NCBI GenBank assembly: GCA_902635945.1 | Contig: CACPPU010000001.1 | Span: 211,891-275,890, forward strand | Direction of reading: 5' to 3' | From: an uncultured Candidatus Actinomarina sp. | GTDB lineage: Bacteria; Actinomycetota; Acidimicrobiia; Actinomarinales; Actinomarinaceae | DNA: 64,000 bases | Part shown: positions 27,071 to 36,409 of the stretch, in pieces | How positions within the stretch are numbered: the first letter of the stretch is position 1 | How the letters are laid out: each line of letters starts with the position of its first letter | The notes under the pieces: model-generated | What the model was told of the DNA's origin: nothing | The model's input: only the letters and a program-made list of their open reading frames with translations | Databases searched by the model: none | Made by a program: the position numbers and the translations under genes

Positions 27071-27406
27071 TGGTGGAGGTGCGGGGAGTCGAACCCCGGT
27101 CCTTCCAAGCTATCTAACAGCTTCTCCGAGTGCATCCGATAAAATACGATCAGGCTAGTTATCGGAACCTATGGCCTGAAAGGTTTACCTTAATCTTAGT
27201 AGTTAGTCGGTATCCTAACTAAGCATCCCACATTTCGACGCCATTGCTATCCGAGGTGGGAGCCCCGATAGGTGACGAGCAGCTTATGCTGCTAAAGCCA
27301 ACTTAGGTTTGGCAGTTATATTGTTTTCCTACGTTTTTTACGAGGCCCTAGGACCCTCGACTCGCTACTGAGAGACTCACTTCAAAGTCGAAGCCAGTTC
27401 ACCCCC
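27071..27406 (-). ncRNA. ssrA: tmRNA (SsrA)
   Basis: 5' GGGGGTGAACTGGCTTCGAC and 3' GGGGTTCGACTCCCCGCACCTCCACCA. The acceptor stem has a G3:U pair (Ala identity). An internal tag ORF ends GCT TTA GCA GCA TAA (..ALAA*). smpB lies 7.5 kb away. Confidence 0.9.
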
Positions 27407-27458
27407 ATACAGTTTTATTAGCTCTAAAATTATACTTGAGAATTGAAATATTTTAAAT

Positions 27459-28103
27459 ATGAAAATTAATAACAATAGCTTTGAATTAAATGAAAAACTA
27501 TCAGTAACTATTGATTCTTCTGATAATGACGGATTGGTTTTTATTCCAAATAATGTTGAATTAATCGTTGAAATTGAAAATTATTTTGGAAAAATTACGA
27601 TAAATAACATTGGAATCTCCCCTGTTGAAAGTGAATTTCAAATAAGTAAAAATAGTATAGAGTCACACATACCAAACCTTGATATCAAATTGCTAGATCG
27701 ATATATATACAAAATTTTGTCTGATAAAGCAGGTCTTGCATACTCTCCATATACTTACTTTCCAAATTACGACTTTACAGTTTTTGAAAAAGGAAGAAGG
27801 CCATCAAGCTTAGATTGGTCCATGTTTGCATCGCTATATGTATTTAGCTGTAATGTACTCCCTCTATCAATCAAAGTTGAACTTTCCCTCGCAAAATATT
27901 TAAGAATTTCAGAAGAAAATTTTAAAAGATTTATGAAAAAAATTCCTCAAGAATTATTTAGAAAGTCAGGACACATAGATTCAAGAGGTGGGGATATATC
28001 TTTAGATGCTGAGAATTTAATTAAGCAATATCTTGGTGAAGACCAGAGTGCATTTGAGAACAATCCGTTTTTAAAGTTTTACTCAGAAGTAGATTTTGCC
28101 TGA
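27459..28103 (+). CDS. Hypothetical protein
   Basis: 214 aa ORF with no recognisable motif. It overlaps the convergent neighbour by 25 nt. Confidence 0.45.
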   Translation: MKINNNSFELNEKLSVTIDSSDNDGLVFIPNNVELIVEIENYFGKITINNIGISPVESEFQISKNSIESHIPNLDIKLLDRYIYKILSDKAGLAYSPYTYFPNYDFTVFEKGRRPSSLDWSMFASLYVFSCNVLPLSIKVELSLAKYLRISEENFKRFMKKIPQELFRKSGHIDSRGGDISLDAENLIKQYLGEDQSAFENNPFLKFYSEVDFA

Positions 28104-28519
28104 GGTCTAAGCATCGAGTTTATTTTTTTTGGCGTAATCTTCCAGAGTTCCCTACTTTTAATTTTGTCGTAGTCCCAAGCTTGATCTAGTTCTCTTCTGT
28201 ATGGTTTTCCCGTGTATCTGATAGAGAGTTTATCAATATGATCATCAGCTGATTTTTCAGAAATTATTTCTGTCACCTCTCCCCTAATCTCCCAGCTGGA
28301 ATACATTGCTGTTGGATGAAAAACTACTAATGAAATACTTGAGTTGTTTCTTATATTCTCTGTTTTTTTTCTATCTTTTTCGGTATTAATAAGTATGCAA
28401 TTATCTTGATAGTCAACCCACATAAGATGCGTTTGGATTTCATTATCTTTCAAATGAGTTGAAATTGCACAGAAAGCATTATTATCAATTGCTTCTTTAA
28501 GTTCTTTTGAAAGTTGCAT
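28079..28519 (-). CDS. Pyridoxamine 5'-phosphate oxidase (PPOX-class, probably F420-dependent) family protein
   Basis: Small split-barrel pattern: AFCAISTHLKDNEIQTHLMWVDY..ILINT...K..NI..N..ISLVV. The F420 assignment is by analogy with actinobacterial PPOX-class proteins. Confidence 0.65.
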   Translation of the reverse strand: MQLSKELKEAIDNNAFCAISTHLKDNEIQTHLMWVDYQDNCILINTEKDRKKTENIRNNSSISLVVFHPTAMYSSWEIRGEVTEIISEKSADDHIDKLSIRYTGKPYRRELDQAWDYDKIKSRELWKITPKKINSMLRPQAKSTSE

Positions 28520-28549
28520 ACAGTATTATTTTAAGTAAAAATAGACAAT

Positions 28550-29110
28550 ATGGCTTTCATAAAATTATTTGATTTTAAAAATTCAACTGGACTTTTAAAA
28601 AAAGAATACGAAAAAGGCTTAAGAAGAGCTGGAAGAATATGGAATGTATTAACAATACAGTCACAAACTCCAGAAATACTCAGAGACTCAATGCGTCTCT
28701 ATAATTCAACAATGTTTGGAATTTCAAACGTTCCACGCTTTGATCGTGAACTGCTTGCAGTAGTTACTTCAATTTCCAATGAATGTGAATACTGAATAAG
28801 AGCCCATTTATATGATCTCCGGTCGGAGACAAAAGATCAAAAATTAGTTGATGAAGTAGCTGTTAACTGGAAGGAAAGTGGTTTAACAGAACAACAAAAA
28901 GCTATCTGCTACTTTGCTGAAAAATTAACACTTAATCCTGGGAAAATTGATAAATCAGACGTACAAAAAATTAAAGAATTTGGATATGTTGATAAGGAAG
29001 TTACAGAGATAGTGCAAATAATTTCTTACTTTAATTATATAAATAGAGTTGCTGATGGGCTTGGATTAGAAGCTGAAGATTTTATAGATGAAAAAGGATA
29101 CAAAAAATAA
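28550..29110 (+). CDS. AhpD-like / carboxymuconolactone decarboxylase (peroxidase-related) family protein with in-frame TGA (candidate selenocysteine) at 28793..28795
   Basis: The track ORF ends ...VVTSISNECEY at a TGA. The same frame continues with no stop: IRAHLYDLRSETKDQ...GLTEQQKAICYFAEKLTLNPGKI...EIVQIISYFNYINRVADGLGLE...KK, ending at TAA 29108..29110. This reconstitutes the family motif N-x-C-x-Y-[C/U]-x-x-x-H. Confidence 0.65.
28816..28829 (+). promoter_or_regulatory. Candidate bacterial SECIS core hairpin (UCUCC-GGUC-GGAGA)
   Basis: A 5 bp stem with a GGUC tetraloop that starts 25 nt after the UGA. Bulged A-U pairs could extend the stem. Confidence 0.4.
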
Positions 29111-29151
29111 TTTCCTTTATAAGAGGGTAATATCCTTTTAACATAAGTTGT

Positions 29152-30291
29152 ATGAATCAAACTATTAAGTCCTCAATTTTGTTAATAAGTTTGCTTGGTG
29201 TAAGTTTTTTCGCTTTTAATTTTTTAAGTGATTCACTTGATCAACAAAGTGATACAACACAAGTAGAAACCACTGTAACTTCAACAACTACTCAAATACA
29301 AATAGAAATTGATAGGTTTAATGCATTAGATATTAGCTTGAGAGAATTTATTGACAGTGAACTACTTTCGATAAGTGACGAATGTATAAAATTTGGGTCT
29401 TGGTTTAGCCTAACTGAAAATTGTCTTAATGAATGGTTGTCTGTACTTAATAATATAGATGAAAAAAGTACAACATACGCATCTCATTATGCTTATGCTA
29501 AAAGTTATTTTATTTCAAATTATCAAAACTTAAATGAAGAAGATGTTGAAAATATACTCGATTCTTTAAGCATTGAGTCAGACCTCGCTGTTTGGAATGA
29601 AAAATTAATAGAAGTAACAAGCGTACTAAATATAAAAAATAGTCAAGAGGAAACAACAGCAATATTTCTAAATGATTCAGTAATAAATAAATCTAAAAAT
29701 CTTGGTACATCAGATCTAAAAGATGGCTGTTTAGATTCAACACAAATTAAAGAAAATTTTGAAGAAGAATGGGTAATGCCTGAAAATGTAAATCCAAGAG
29801 ATGAGGAAAAATTTAATTACGCAATAAAAATAGAGCCTTCACTTGGTCTTGATCCTTTATGTATTAAAAATCTTTTGTTTCTTATACTAAATAATGACCT
29901 TGGTTGGACAAATATTGCTGAAAAATCTTTTCAGCTAACTAGTGTCGAAGATAGCGACTATGTTTATATTTTTGCGTCACCAGAAAAAACTGATGAATTA
30001 TGCGCACCAATTGAAACCAACAGTATCTACTCATGCAGAAATGAGCAAAATATTGTACTTAACTTTTTTAGATGGGAAAACGGCGCTGTTGATTTCAAAA
30101 ATGATATTGAAACATATAGAATCTACCTAATTAATCATGAAACAGGACATATTCTTGGCTGGGGACACGTAGGTTGTCCAAAAGAAGGAGCTATTGCTCC
30201 TGTCATGATGCAGCAAAGTAAAGGAACTGAAGGATGCATCCCATATGGATGGCCTGCTTACGAAACAATAAAAAGTAAATTTGATCAGTAA
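29152..30291 (+). CDS. Secreted/anchored protein with a C-terminal HExxH zinc-peptidase-like domain (DUF3152-like by recollection)
   Basis: N-terminal TM/signal SILLISLLGVSFFAF, the linker TTVTSTTTQ, and the C-terminal motif NHETGHILGWGH. Confidence 0.6.
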   Translation: MNQTIKSSILLISLLGVSFFAFNFLSDSLDQQSDTTQVETTVTSTTTQIQIEIDRFNALDISLREFIDSELLSISDECIKFGSWFSLTENCLNEWLSVLNNIDEKSTTYASHYAYAKSYFISNYQNLNEEDVENILDSLSIESDLAVWNEKLIEVTSVLNIKNSQEETTAIFLNDSVINKSKNLGTSDLKDGCLDSTQIKENFEEEWVMPENVNPRDEEKFNYAIKIEPSLGLDPLCIKNLLFLILNNDLGWTNIAEKSFQLTSVEDSDYVYIFASPEKTDELCAPIETNSIYSCRNEQNIVLNFFRWENGAVDFKNDIETYRIYLINHETGHILGWGHVGCPKEGAIAPVMMQQSKGTEGCIPYGWPAYETIKSKFDQ

Positions 30292-30380
30292 GAAAAAGTT
30301 TTTGGTGCCAGCCTAAACAACTAATTCGTTATTTAATTATTGTATTTTTTTAAAACTAATACAACAGATTTTTTTAAAAT

Positions 30381-31304
30381 TTAAAGAGCTACTGAATCAT
30401 CTCCGGCTAATATTTTTTGTATATTTTCTACAGTATCTAAACCAGCTTTTAGTTGCGCCTCATTTGTAGATGCTCCTATATGTGGAGTAGTAATTAAATT
30501 AATATCTGCAAAATTGTCTATATTTTTTGGTGGTTCTTCTGAGTAAACATCTAGACCGGCACCAAATATCCTATTTGATCTTAGAAGTTCAATTAGATAA
30601 TCTTCGTCTAGAACACCACCTCTAGAGGTATTTATCAATATTGCACTTTCTTTAAGTAAATCAAGTTTTTCTTTTGAGATTAGATTCTCTGTTTCTTCAG
30701 TTTTAATAACATGAATTGAAATTACATCTGAAGTGCTTAATAATTCATTCAGCTCTAATCTTTTTTCAGGGCCATCCCATTCTTTGACATAAGGATCATA
30801 AAAAGCAATTGACATACCAAAACTTTTCATTACCTCAGACAGTAAGCGTCCTGCTTTTCCATAACCTACAATTCCAAGTTGTTTTCCAGATAATTCCATT
30901 CCAATAAACTTTTTTCGATCCCACTTACCTTCTTTTAAATGACTATCGGAAAGATTAATTTTTCTTGCTGCATTGATAATTAAAGAAACAGCGAGCTCAA
31001 CAACAGAAGTTAAATTAGCTGATGGTGAATTTGTTACTTTTATATTCTTAGACTTTGCATACTCTATATCAATGTTGTCAACACCTACACCACACCTTGC
31101 TATTATTTTTAGCTTGTCTCCTTTTTCAATTATTTCTTTTGTCAATTGGGTAGAGCTTCTAATAACTACAACTTCTGCATCAATAATTTCTGAAACTAAA
31201 TCTTTATCCTTTGATTCAGATGCAGAGATATCTATACATTCACCAAGTGACTGTAGTTCTTCTAAAACTTTGCTGTTCAATGTATCGCAAATAAGTATTT
31301 TCAT
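30381..31304 (-). CDS. D-isomer-specific 2-hydroxyacid dehydrogenase (short SerA-like, no ACT domain)
   Basis: GIVGYGKAGRLL, NTSRGGVLDE and TPHIGAST. Confidence 0.8.
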   Translation of the reverse strand: MKILICDTLNSKVLEELQSLGECIDISASESKDKDLVSEIIDAEVVVIRSSTQLTKEIIEKGDKLKIIARCGVGVDNIDIEYAKSKNIKVTNSPSANLTSVVELAVSLIINAARKINLSDSHLKEGKWDRKKFIGMELSGKQLGIVGYGKAGRLLSEVMKSFGMSIAFYDPYVKEWDGPEKRLELNELLSTSDVISIHVIKTEETENLISKEKLDLLKESAILINTSRGGVLDEDYLIELLRSNRIFGAGLDVYSEEPPKNIDNFADINLITTPHIGASTNEAQLKAGLDTVENIQKILAGDDSVAL

Positions 31305-32086
31305 TATATGATTTCTAATTTTTTTAAAGCCATTTTATGAATTTCCTTCGATCCAGAAGCCAAAACATATACATTGCTTTGATTAAAATCTAGCTTATTA
31401 CCCTCCCAATCTGTCATGATACCACCAGCTCCTTCTACTACTTTGATTAGTGGTAAATAATCATGAGGTGCGGTTAATCTCTCAGCGACAATATCTATAT
31501 ACCCACTAGCAAGCAAGCCATAGTTGTAACAATCACTTCCTGTAGTTGTAACTTTTACAGACTGCTCAAGTGATTGATACGCTCTCCACTTTTTCATTCC
31601 AAATTCATGACTAGAAGTCGTTGCCATGACAGCGTCTTTTAAATTGTCAACTGCTTTGCATTGCGTAATTTTTTGATTTACCTTCGTTTCATTTGAACAA
31701 AACGAAGTCCACCTTTCTCCTAAGGCTGGACAATCTATTACTCCCCCAATCAATTCATTATCAATTACTAGGGCTATAAGAGTTCCAAAGTCATGCTTTC
31801 CAGCAACAAAGCTTCTTGTTCCATCAATTGGATCAATGTACCATGTGACATTCTCTGATCCTTCAAAGTCATCTAATTCTTCTCCAATAATTTTATGACT
31901 TGGATATTTTTCAAAAATCTTACCTCTTATAAACTGTTCAATGTCTCCGTCCGCTTTTGTAACAGGACTAAAATCTCCTTTAAGCGTTAGGTTTCTAATT
32001 TTCCGAAAATTATTTAGTGCAATTTCACCAGATAAATCCAGTATTTCATTAATAAACTTTTCAAATTCAAAATTTTTATCAGTCAC
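31304..32086 (-). CDS. Inositol monophosphatase family protein (possibly histidinol-phosphatase HisN)
   Basis: IIGEEL and WYIDPIDGTRSF. The HisN role is inferred from actinobacterial usage of this family. Confidence 0.75.
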   Translation of the reverse strand: MTDKNFEFEKFINEILDLSGEIALNNFRKIRNLTLKGDFSPVTKADGDIEQFIRGKIFEKYPSHKIIGEELDDFEGSENVTWYIDPIDGTRSFVAGKHDFGTLIALVIDNELIGGVIDCPALGERWTSFCSNETKVNQKITQCKAVDNLKDAVMATTSSHEFGMKKWRAYQSLEQSVKVTTTGSDCYNYGLLASGYIDIVAERLTAPHDYLPLIKVVEGAGGIMTDWEGNKLDFNQSNVYVLASGSKEIHKMALKKLEII

Positions 32087-32170
32087 TACAAACCACTTAT
32101 TTAAATTAAAGGTTATTTTATATCAAATAAAATATCTTACGACCGATTAACAAAGATTTAACATAGATTA

Positions 32171-32419
32171 CTAAATGTAATTTAATTCTTTTAATTTATT
32201 TTCAAGATCAATATCTGATGGTTCAACCAATAATGATCCGTCATCAAAAACAATAGTGGGTATCCTTCTTTGATTAACTTGTAAAGATTTGATATATTCG
32301 TTTGCTTCTTGGTTAACATCAACATTGATCTCATTAAAATCAATGTTTAATTTTTTCAAAAGAGCTTTAGACCTCACACAGTCTCCACACCAATCAGTAG
32401 TATAAAAATCTATTTTCAT
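32171..32419 (-). CDS. Glutaredoxin-like small redox protein
   Basis: The 82 aa ORF begins KIDFYTTDWCGDCVRSK (CxxC) and has a thioredoxin-fold length. Confidence 0.75.
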   Translation of the reverse strand: MKIDFYTTDWCGDCVRSKALLKKLNIDFNEINVDVNQEANEYIKSLQVNQRRIPTIVFDDGSLLVEPSDIDLENKLKELNYI

Positions 32420-32420
32420 T

Positions 32421-32681
32421 TTATGAATTTCCTTGAAGTGGGTCTAGCAATATAGTAAGCAGGTCACTTATTCCTGCCAAGCTTTGAAAAGCTGTCTCAA
32501 GTGAAATCACTGTATCAACGGCAACCTCTAACTTGGGTAGCAACGATTGGATATCTGCAATAACCGCTAAAGCATTATCAACTTCTGCAGACAAAGTTTG
32601 TAACTCTGAATACAAGAAATACCCAGCACCCAAAAATAAGGTTAAAAGAACTATTTGGAAAAAAAGAATTAATCTAAGCAA
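32421..32681 (-). CDS. Small single-TM hypothetical protein
   Basis: An 86 aa ORF packed with 1-nt spacers between trxA and the glutaredoxin-like gene. Confidence 0.4.
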   Translation of the reverse strand: MLRLILFFQIVLLTLFLGAGYFLYSELQTLSAEVDNALAVIADIQSLLPKLEVAVDTVISLETAFQSLAGISDLLTILLDPLQGNS

Positions 32682-32682
32682 A

Positions 32683-32991
32683 TTAAATTAGTGCTGAAAC
32701 TTTTTCTTTTATGACTTCTTTTGGTTGTACACCAACGAATCTTTCTTTAACTTCTCCGCCTTTAAGCATTACAACTGTAGGTACACCCATAACACCATTT
32801 GCTCCAGCAATTTCTGGATGTTGATCAACATCAAGCTTAACAAACTCTACTCCATCAACTTCACTTGAGAGTTCTTCCAAAATAGGGCTTAAAACTTTAC
32901 AAGGACCGCACCATGTAGCATGAAAATCAATTACAACTGGTGCTTCAGAACTTAATAATTCATTATATTCTTGAGCATTTATATCTTTCAT
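32683..32991 (-). CDS. trxA: Thioredoxin
   Basis: FHATWCGPCKVL in a 102 aa protein. Confidence 0.9.
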   Translation of the reverse strand: MKDINAQEYNELLSSEAPVVIDFHATWCGPCKVLSPILEELSSEVDGVEFVKLDVDQHPEIAGANGVMGVPTVVMLKGGEVKERFVGVQPKEVIKEKVSALI

Positions 32992-33088
32992 TTATCTCCT
33001 TAATTGCTTACTTATTTTATAACCTTTGGATTTATACAAGTAACTTTCTGTGACAAATAAATTAGAATTTTTCTTTATAATTGAACAC

Positions 33089-34618
33089 ATGAACAATGTA
33101 ATTGTTTCTCCACACTACTTATCAACAGAACTTGGTTCAACAATTTTTAATAAGGGTGGTAATGCTGTAGATGCAGCAATATTGACAAATCTCGTCCAAG
33201 GAATAGTTGCACCAGAAACTTGTGGTATTGGTGGAGATTTATTTGCACTTATTTGGGTCCCAGGTAAAAATAAACCAGAATTTCTTGATGCATCTGGTTA
33301 TTCAGGCAGCAATGTTGATCAAAGCTTACTATCAAATTATGAGAGCATACCTTTAAATCATCCTTTATCAGTAACTGTTCCAGGTGCTGTTGGAGGTTGG
33401 AGGGAGTTGAGTAATAAGTATGGAGCTATTCCTATTGAAGATATTCTAGATATTGGAATAAACCTCTGTCACGAAGGATTTTCAGTGAGTAAAGAGCTAT
33501 ATAATTCGTTAAATATTCACGGCGAAGAATTGAGTGGACAAAAATCAGGGTATTCATTCTATAGAGATAATAAACCCTATAGCATTGATACATTAATTAG
33601 ACGACCACAGCTAGGAAAGACTCTTGAGTTATTAAAAAACCATGGGCTTGAATATTTTTACAATGGTGAAATTGCCAAAGAGATATCTAATTCTGTAAAC
33701 GGTTTTATAACTGAAGAAGACTTATCAAACTATGAAGCTATCTGGAGAGAACCGCTGCACCAAAAAATTTATGGATACGATGGTTGGACTAGTCCTCCAA
33801 GTACACAGGGATACTTAACATTAAGCACTTTAAAGGGTTTTGAAATGATCGATAATAAAGATGACTATCTTCATACATTAATTGAGTCTTATAGAATTTT
33901 TGCATCAGACAGGGACAATATTACTTTTGATTATCAAGGAAATGATCAAAACTTTTTAGGTACTGATAGTGAATATATAAGAGATAAAGTAAGTCTTTTT
34001 GACAAGAATGCTGCCGGAAAATATAATTTTCCAATCCCTCATGGAGGAGGTACTGCTTACATGAATGCAGTTGATGAAAGTGGTTTAGGTATTTCATTAA
34101 TTCAATCAAACTTCTATGGTATTGGCAGCAGAATTGGTGTGGGAAATTATGGATTTTTTCTTCACAACAGAGGATGTGGATTTAATCTAATCAGAGGCCA
34201 TCCAAATAATTTAGGTCCCAACAAAAAGCCTTTACATACTTTATCTCCTACAATATGGTCTAAAAATGGCTCTTTAGAATTTATTACTGGGACTAGAGGG
34301 GGGCGTTATCAACCTCAGTTGCTTGCTCAAACCATACTTCCTTACATTCTTGGAGAAAGTAGTTTCGAAGAGATAATGAAAAAACCTAGATGGACGATAG
34401 AATATTTTGGATCTAATACTTCTTCTAATATTAAGTTTGAATTTATAAAGGAACCTGAAATATCCTCTCTAGAAGACAAAGGTCATAAAATTTCAGTTGA
34501 AGACAAACTCATTGGAGGGTACGGTCCAATTTCAACAATTTATAAGAACTCTTATGAAAAGTTTGTTGGAGTACCAGACATTAGAGTCGGTACTGAAAAA
34601 GCATTTAATAATTCCTAA
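33089..34618 (+). CDS. ggt: Gamma-glutamyltranspeptidase family protein
   Basis: GGNAVDAAI and the autoprocessing site KKPLHTLSPTIW (nucleophile Thr). I prefer the ATG at 33089; the track starts at the GTG at 33050. Confidence 0.85.
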   Translation: MNNVIVSPHYLSTELGSTIFNKGGNAVDAAILTNLVQGIVAPETCGIGGDLFALIWVPGKNKPEFLDASGYSGSNVDQSLLSNYESIPLNHPLSVTVPGAVGGWRELSNKYGAIPIEDILDIGINLCHEGFSVSKELYNSLNIHGEELSGQKSGYSFYRDNKPYSIDTLIRRPQLGKTLELLKNHGLEYFYNGEIAKEISNSVNGFITEEDLSNYEAIWREPLHQKIYGYDGWTSPPSTQGYLTLSTLKGFEMIDNKDDYLHTLIESYRIFASDRDNITFDYQGNDQNFLGTDSEYIRDKVSLFDKNAAGKYNFPIPHGGGTAYMNAVDESGLGISLIQSNFYGIGSRIGVGNYGFFLHNRGCGFNLIRGHPNNLGPNKKPLHTLSPTIWSKNGSLEFITGTRGGRYQPQLLAQTILPYILGESSFEEIMKKPRWTIEYFGSNTSSNIKFEFIKEPEISSLEDKGHKISVEDKLIGGYGPISTIYKNSYEKFVGVPDIRVGTEKAFNNS

Positions 34619-35036
34619 TTTCTTTAGAGTGTTCTTTATTTAAAATCTTTTTTCTTTTGTCGTAATCTTTTTTACCTTTAGCTAAAGCTAATTCGATTTT
34701 AATGTATCCATTTTTTTCAAAAACCTTTGTTGCAATTAACGTATACCCCTTTTGAGACAAAAGTCCTATAAGTTTCTTTATCTCACCTTTATGTAAAAGA
34801 AGTTTTCTCTGGGACTTAGGATCGTAATCTGTATTATCAGAATATTTATAGGGCTCAATATTCATTTCCATGATATACGCCTCTTCTTTATCAATACTTG
34901 CAAAAGCATCAACTATTGAAACACCGCCACTTCTGACACTTTTTGTTTCTGGTCCAGAAAGAACTACTCCTGCTTCATAGAAATCTAAAAACTCATAAGA
35001 ATTTCTTGCTTTTCGATTTTCAGCAAATACTTTCAT
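34605..35036 (-). CDS. smpB: SsrA-binding protein
   Basis: NRKARNSYEFLDFYEAGVVLSGPETKSVR. The ATG at 35036 overlaps the upstream TGA by 1 nt. Confidence 0.9.
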   Translation of the reverse strand: MKVFAENRKARNSYEFLDFYEAGVVLSGPETKSVRSGGVSIVDAFASIDKEEAYIMEMNIEPYKYSDNTDYDPKSQRKLLLHKGEIKKLIGLLSQKGYTLIATKVFEKNGYIKIELALAKGKKDYDKRKKILNKEHSKEIRNY

Positions 35037-36409
35037 CAATCGAGGAAACAATATGGGTTGACTCTACCACGAGAGGTCGGATCTAGATATGCTAATGAAC
35101 AATTTGCTGAGCTTGGGTTTCTTAATCTTGTTTCAAAATGAAGATGTGGTCCTGTAGTTCTGCCAGTTGTGCCAATGGTGCCTATTTGATCTCCACTTAT
35201 TACTGACTGACCAACACTTACTAAAATTTTGTCCATGTGAAAATATAATGTTGTCATTCCACCACCATGATCAATAAACACAGTTCTTCCAGCATTGCCA
35301 TAATATCTTGCAAGTATTACAACTCCACCACCCGCAGCATATATGGGTGTACCTCTAGAGGCGGCAATATCTATGGCACCATGAAAGCTTGTAGTGCCAC
35401 CAAGTCTTCTCCATTTATAACCACTTGAAACATAACCTGTCTGGACTGGCCAAAAAAGTTTATCGGGTGCAACACCTCCAGAACTACTTAACCTTTCAAT
35501 ATCAGCTTGGATAGCATCCTCAAGTTTTTCAAGATCAGCATGCTCTTTGTCTAATTTTTCAAGTTCTTTATTTGCTTGATTTAATAAACCCTGTGCATTC
35601 TTCCTTGCCTGAACCACTTGTGCCTTTTTAGACTCTACTAATCTTTTCTCTCGCTCAACTGCTTCTTTCTTATCTTCAATTTCTTCTGCAAACTCCTCAG
35701 CTTCAATAGATATTTCATTTTTTCTTTCTTCTTCATTTTGAAGATTAGTTACTATTTCAACTCTCTCTTCTTCACGTTGAGTCAAAAATTCTGTTTGATT
35801 AGATGCTAAATTTTCGAGTGCATTTAATTGTTCAACTATTTCATAAGCTGAATCAACAACAGTAGACGCATACCCTAATGCTACTAAGAAATTTGAAAGT
35901 TCATCTAGCTCTATGAATAAAGCAGTTGTAGGGCTCATGACTCCATTTATATAAAGACTTACAGCTTGCTCCTGAAGCCCTTCATCAGCTACTAAAAGTT
36001 TTTTTTGCGTTTCAAGTAACTCATTTGATACTTCAGAAATCTCATTTTTAATTTTTCCGAGTTTAATTTGTTCATTAATAATATTTTCTTGTACTGCTAC
36101 TAAATCGTTTAATGTAAAATCGTAATTTTCTAATGCCTTTGCTAACTCTCGTTCAACAACTGCCAATCTACTTTGTACTTCTGCTAGTTCGCTATTCACC
36201 TGTGCAAGGTCTTTATCGTTTGCAATTATTGCTTTTTCTAAATCTGTTCTTTCACCTTCATACTTACTTATTTGTTCAGCAATTGCTTGGAGTTGTCTTT
36301 CAACCTCGATTAACCTATCTTCCGCTGTAATTGCAATTAGTTCATTAGGAAACAAAAAAGAAGTAAAGAAAAAAATGGGGATAAAAAATATTGTAATTTT
36401 TTTAATCAT
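35036..36409 (-). CDS. Coiled-coil M23 family peptidoglycan endopeptidase (EnvC/PcsB-like architecture)
   Basis: A signal peptide and ~300 aa of heptad-rich sequence, then the M23 motifs FHGAIDIAA (HxxxD) and GPHLHFE (HxH). Confidence 0.85.
   Translation of the reverse strand: MIKKITIFFIPIFFFTSFLFPNELIAITAEDRLIEVERQLQAIAEQISKYEGERTDLEKAIIANDKDLAQVNSELAEVQSRLAVVERELAKALENYDFTLNDLVAVQENIINEQIKLGKIKNEISEVSNELLETQKKLLVADEGLQEQAVSLYINGVMSPTTALFIELDELSNFLVALGYASTVVDSAYEIVEQLNALENLASNQTEFLTQREEERVEIVTNLQNEEERKNEISIEAEEFAEEIEDKKEAVEREKRLVESKKAQVVQARKNAQGLLNQANKELEKLDKEHADLEKLEDAIQADIERLSSSGGVAPDKLFWPVQTGYVSSGYKWRRLGGTTSFHGAIDIAASRGTPIYAAGGGVVILARYYGNAGRTVFIDHGGGMTTLYFHMDKILVSVGQSVISGDQIGTIGTTGRTTGPHLHFETRLRNPSSANCSLAYLDPTSRGRVNPYCFLD

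Noticed and set aside
25892-28103. A genomic island integrated at the tmRNA gene
   Set aside because: I saw no integrase, no recombinase and no repeat of the tmRNA 3' end in the flanks. The flanking genes look like ordinary metabolic genes. I could not run an exhaustive repeat search.
28793-28795. In-frame TGA as evidence for a genome-wide alternative genetic code (TGA as a sense codon)
   Set aside because: TGA ends the TetR gene (3725..3727) and the M23 peptidase gene (35036..35038) at sensible protein ends. The prfB autoregulatory site also relies on UGA being a stop. Only local recoding (Sec) or a pseudogene remains plausible.
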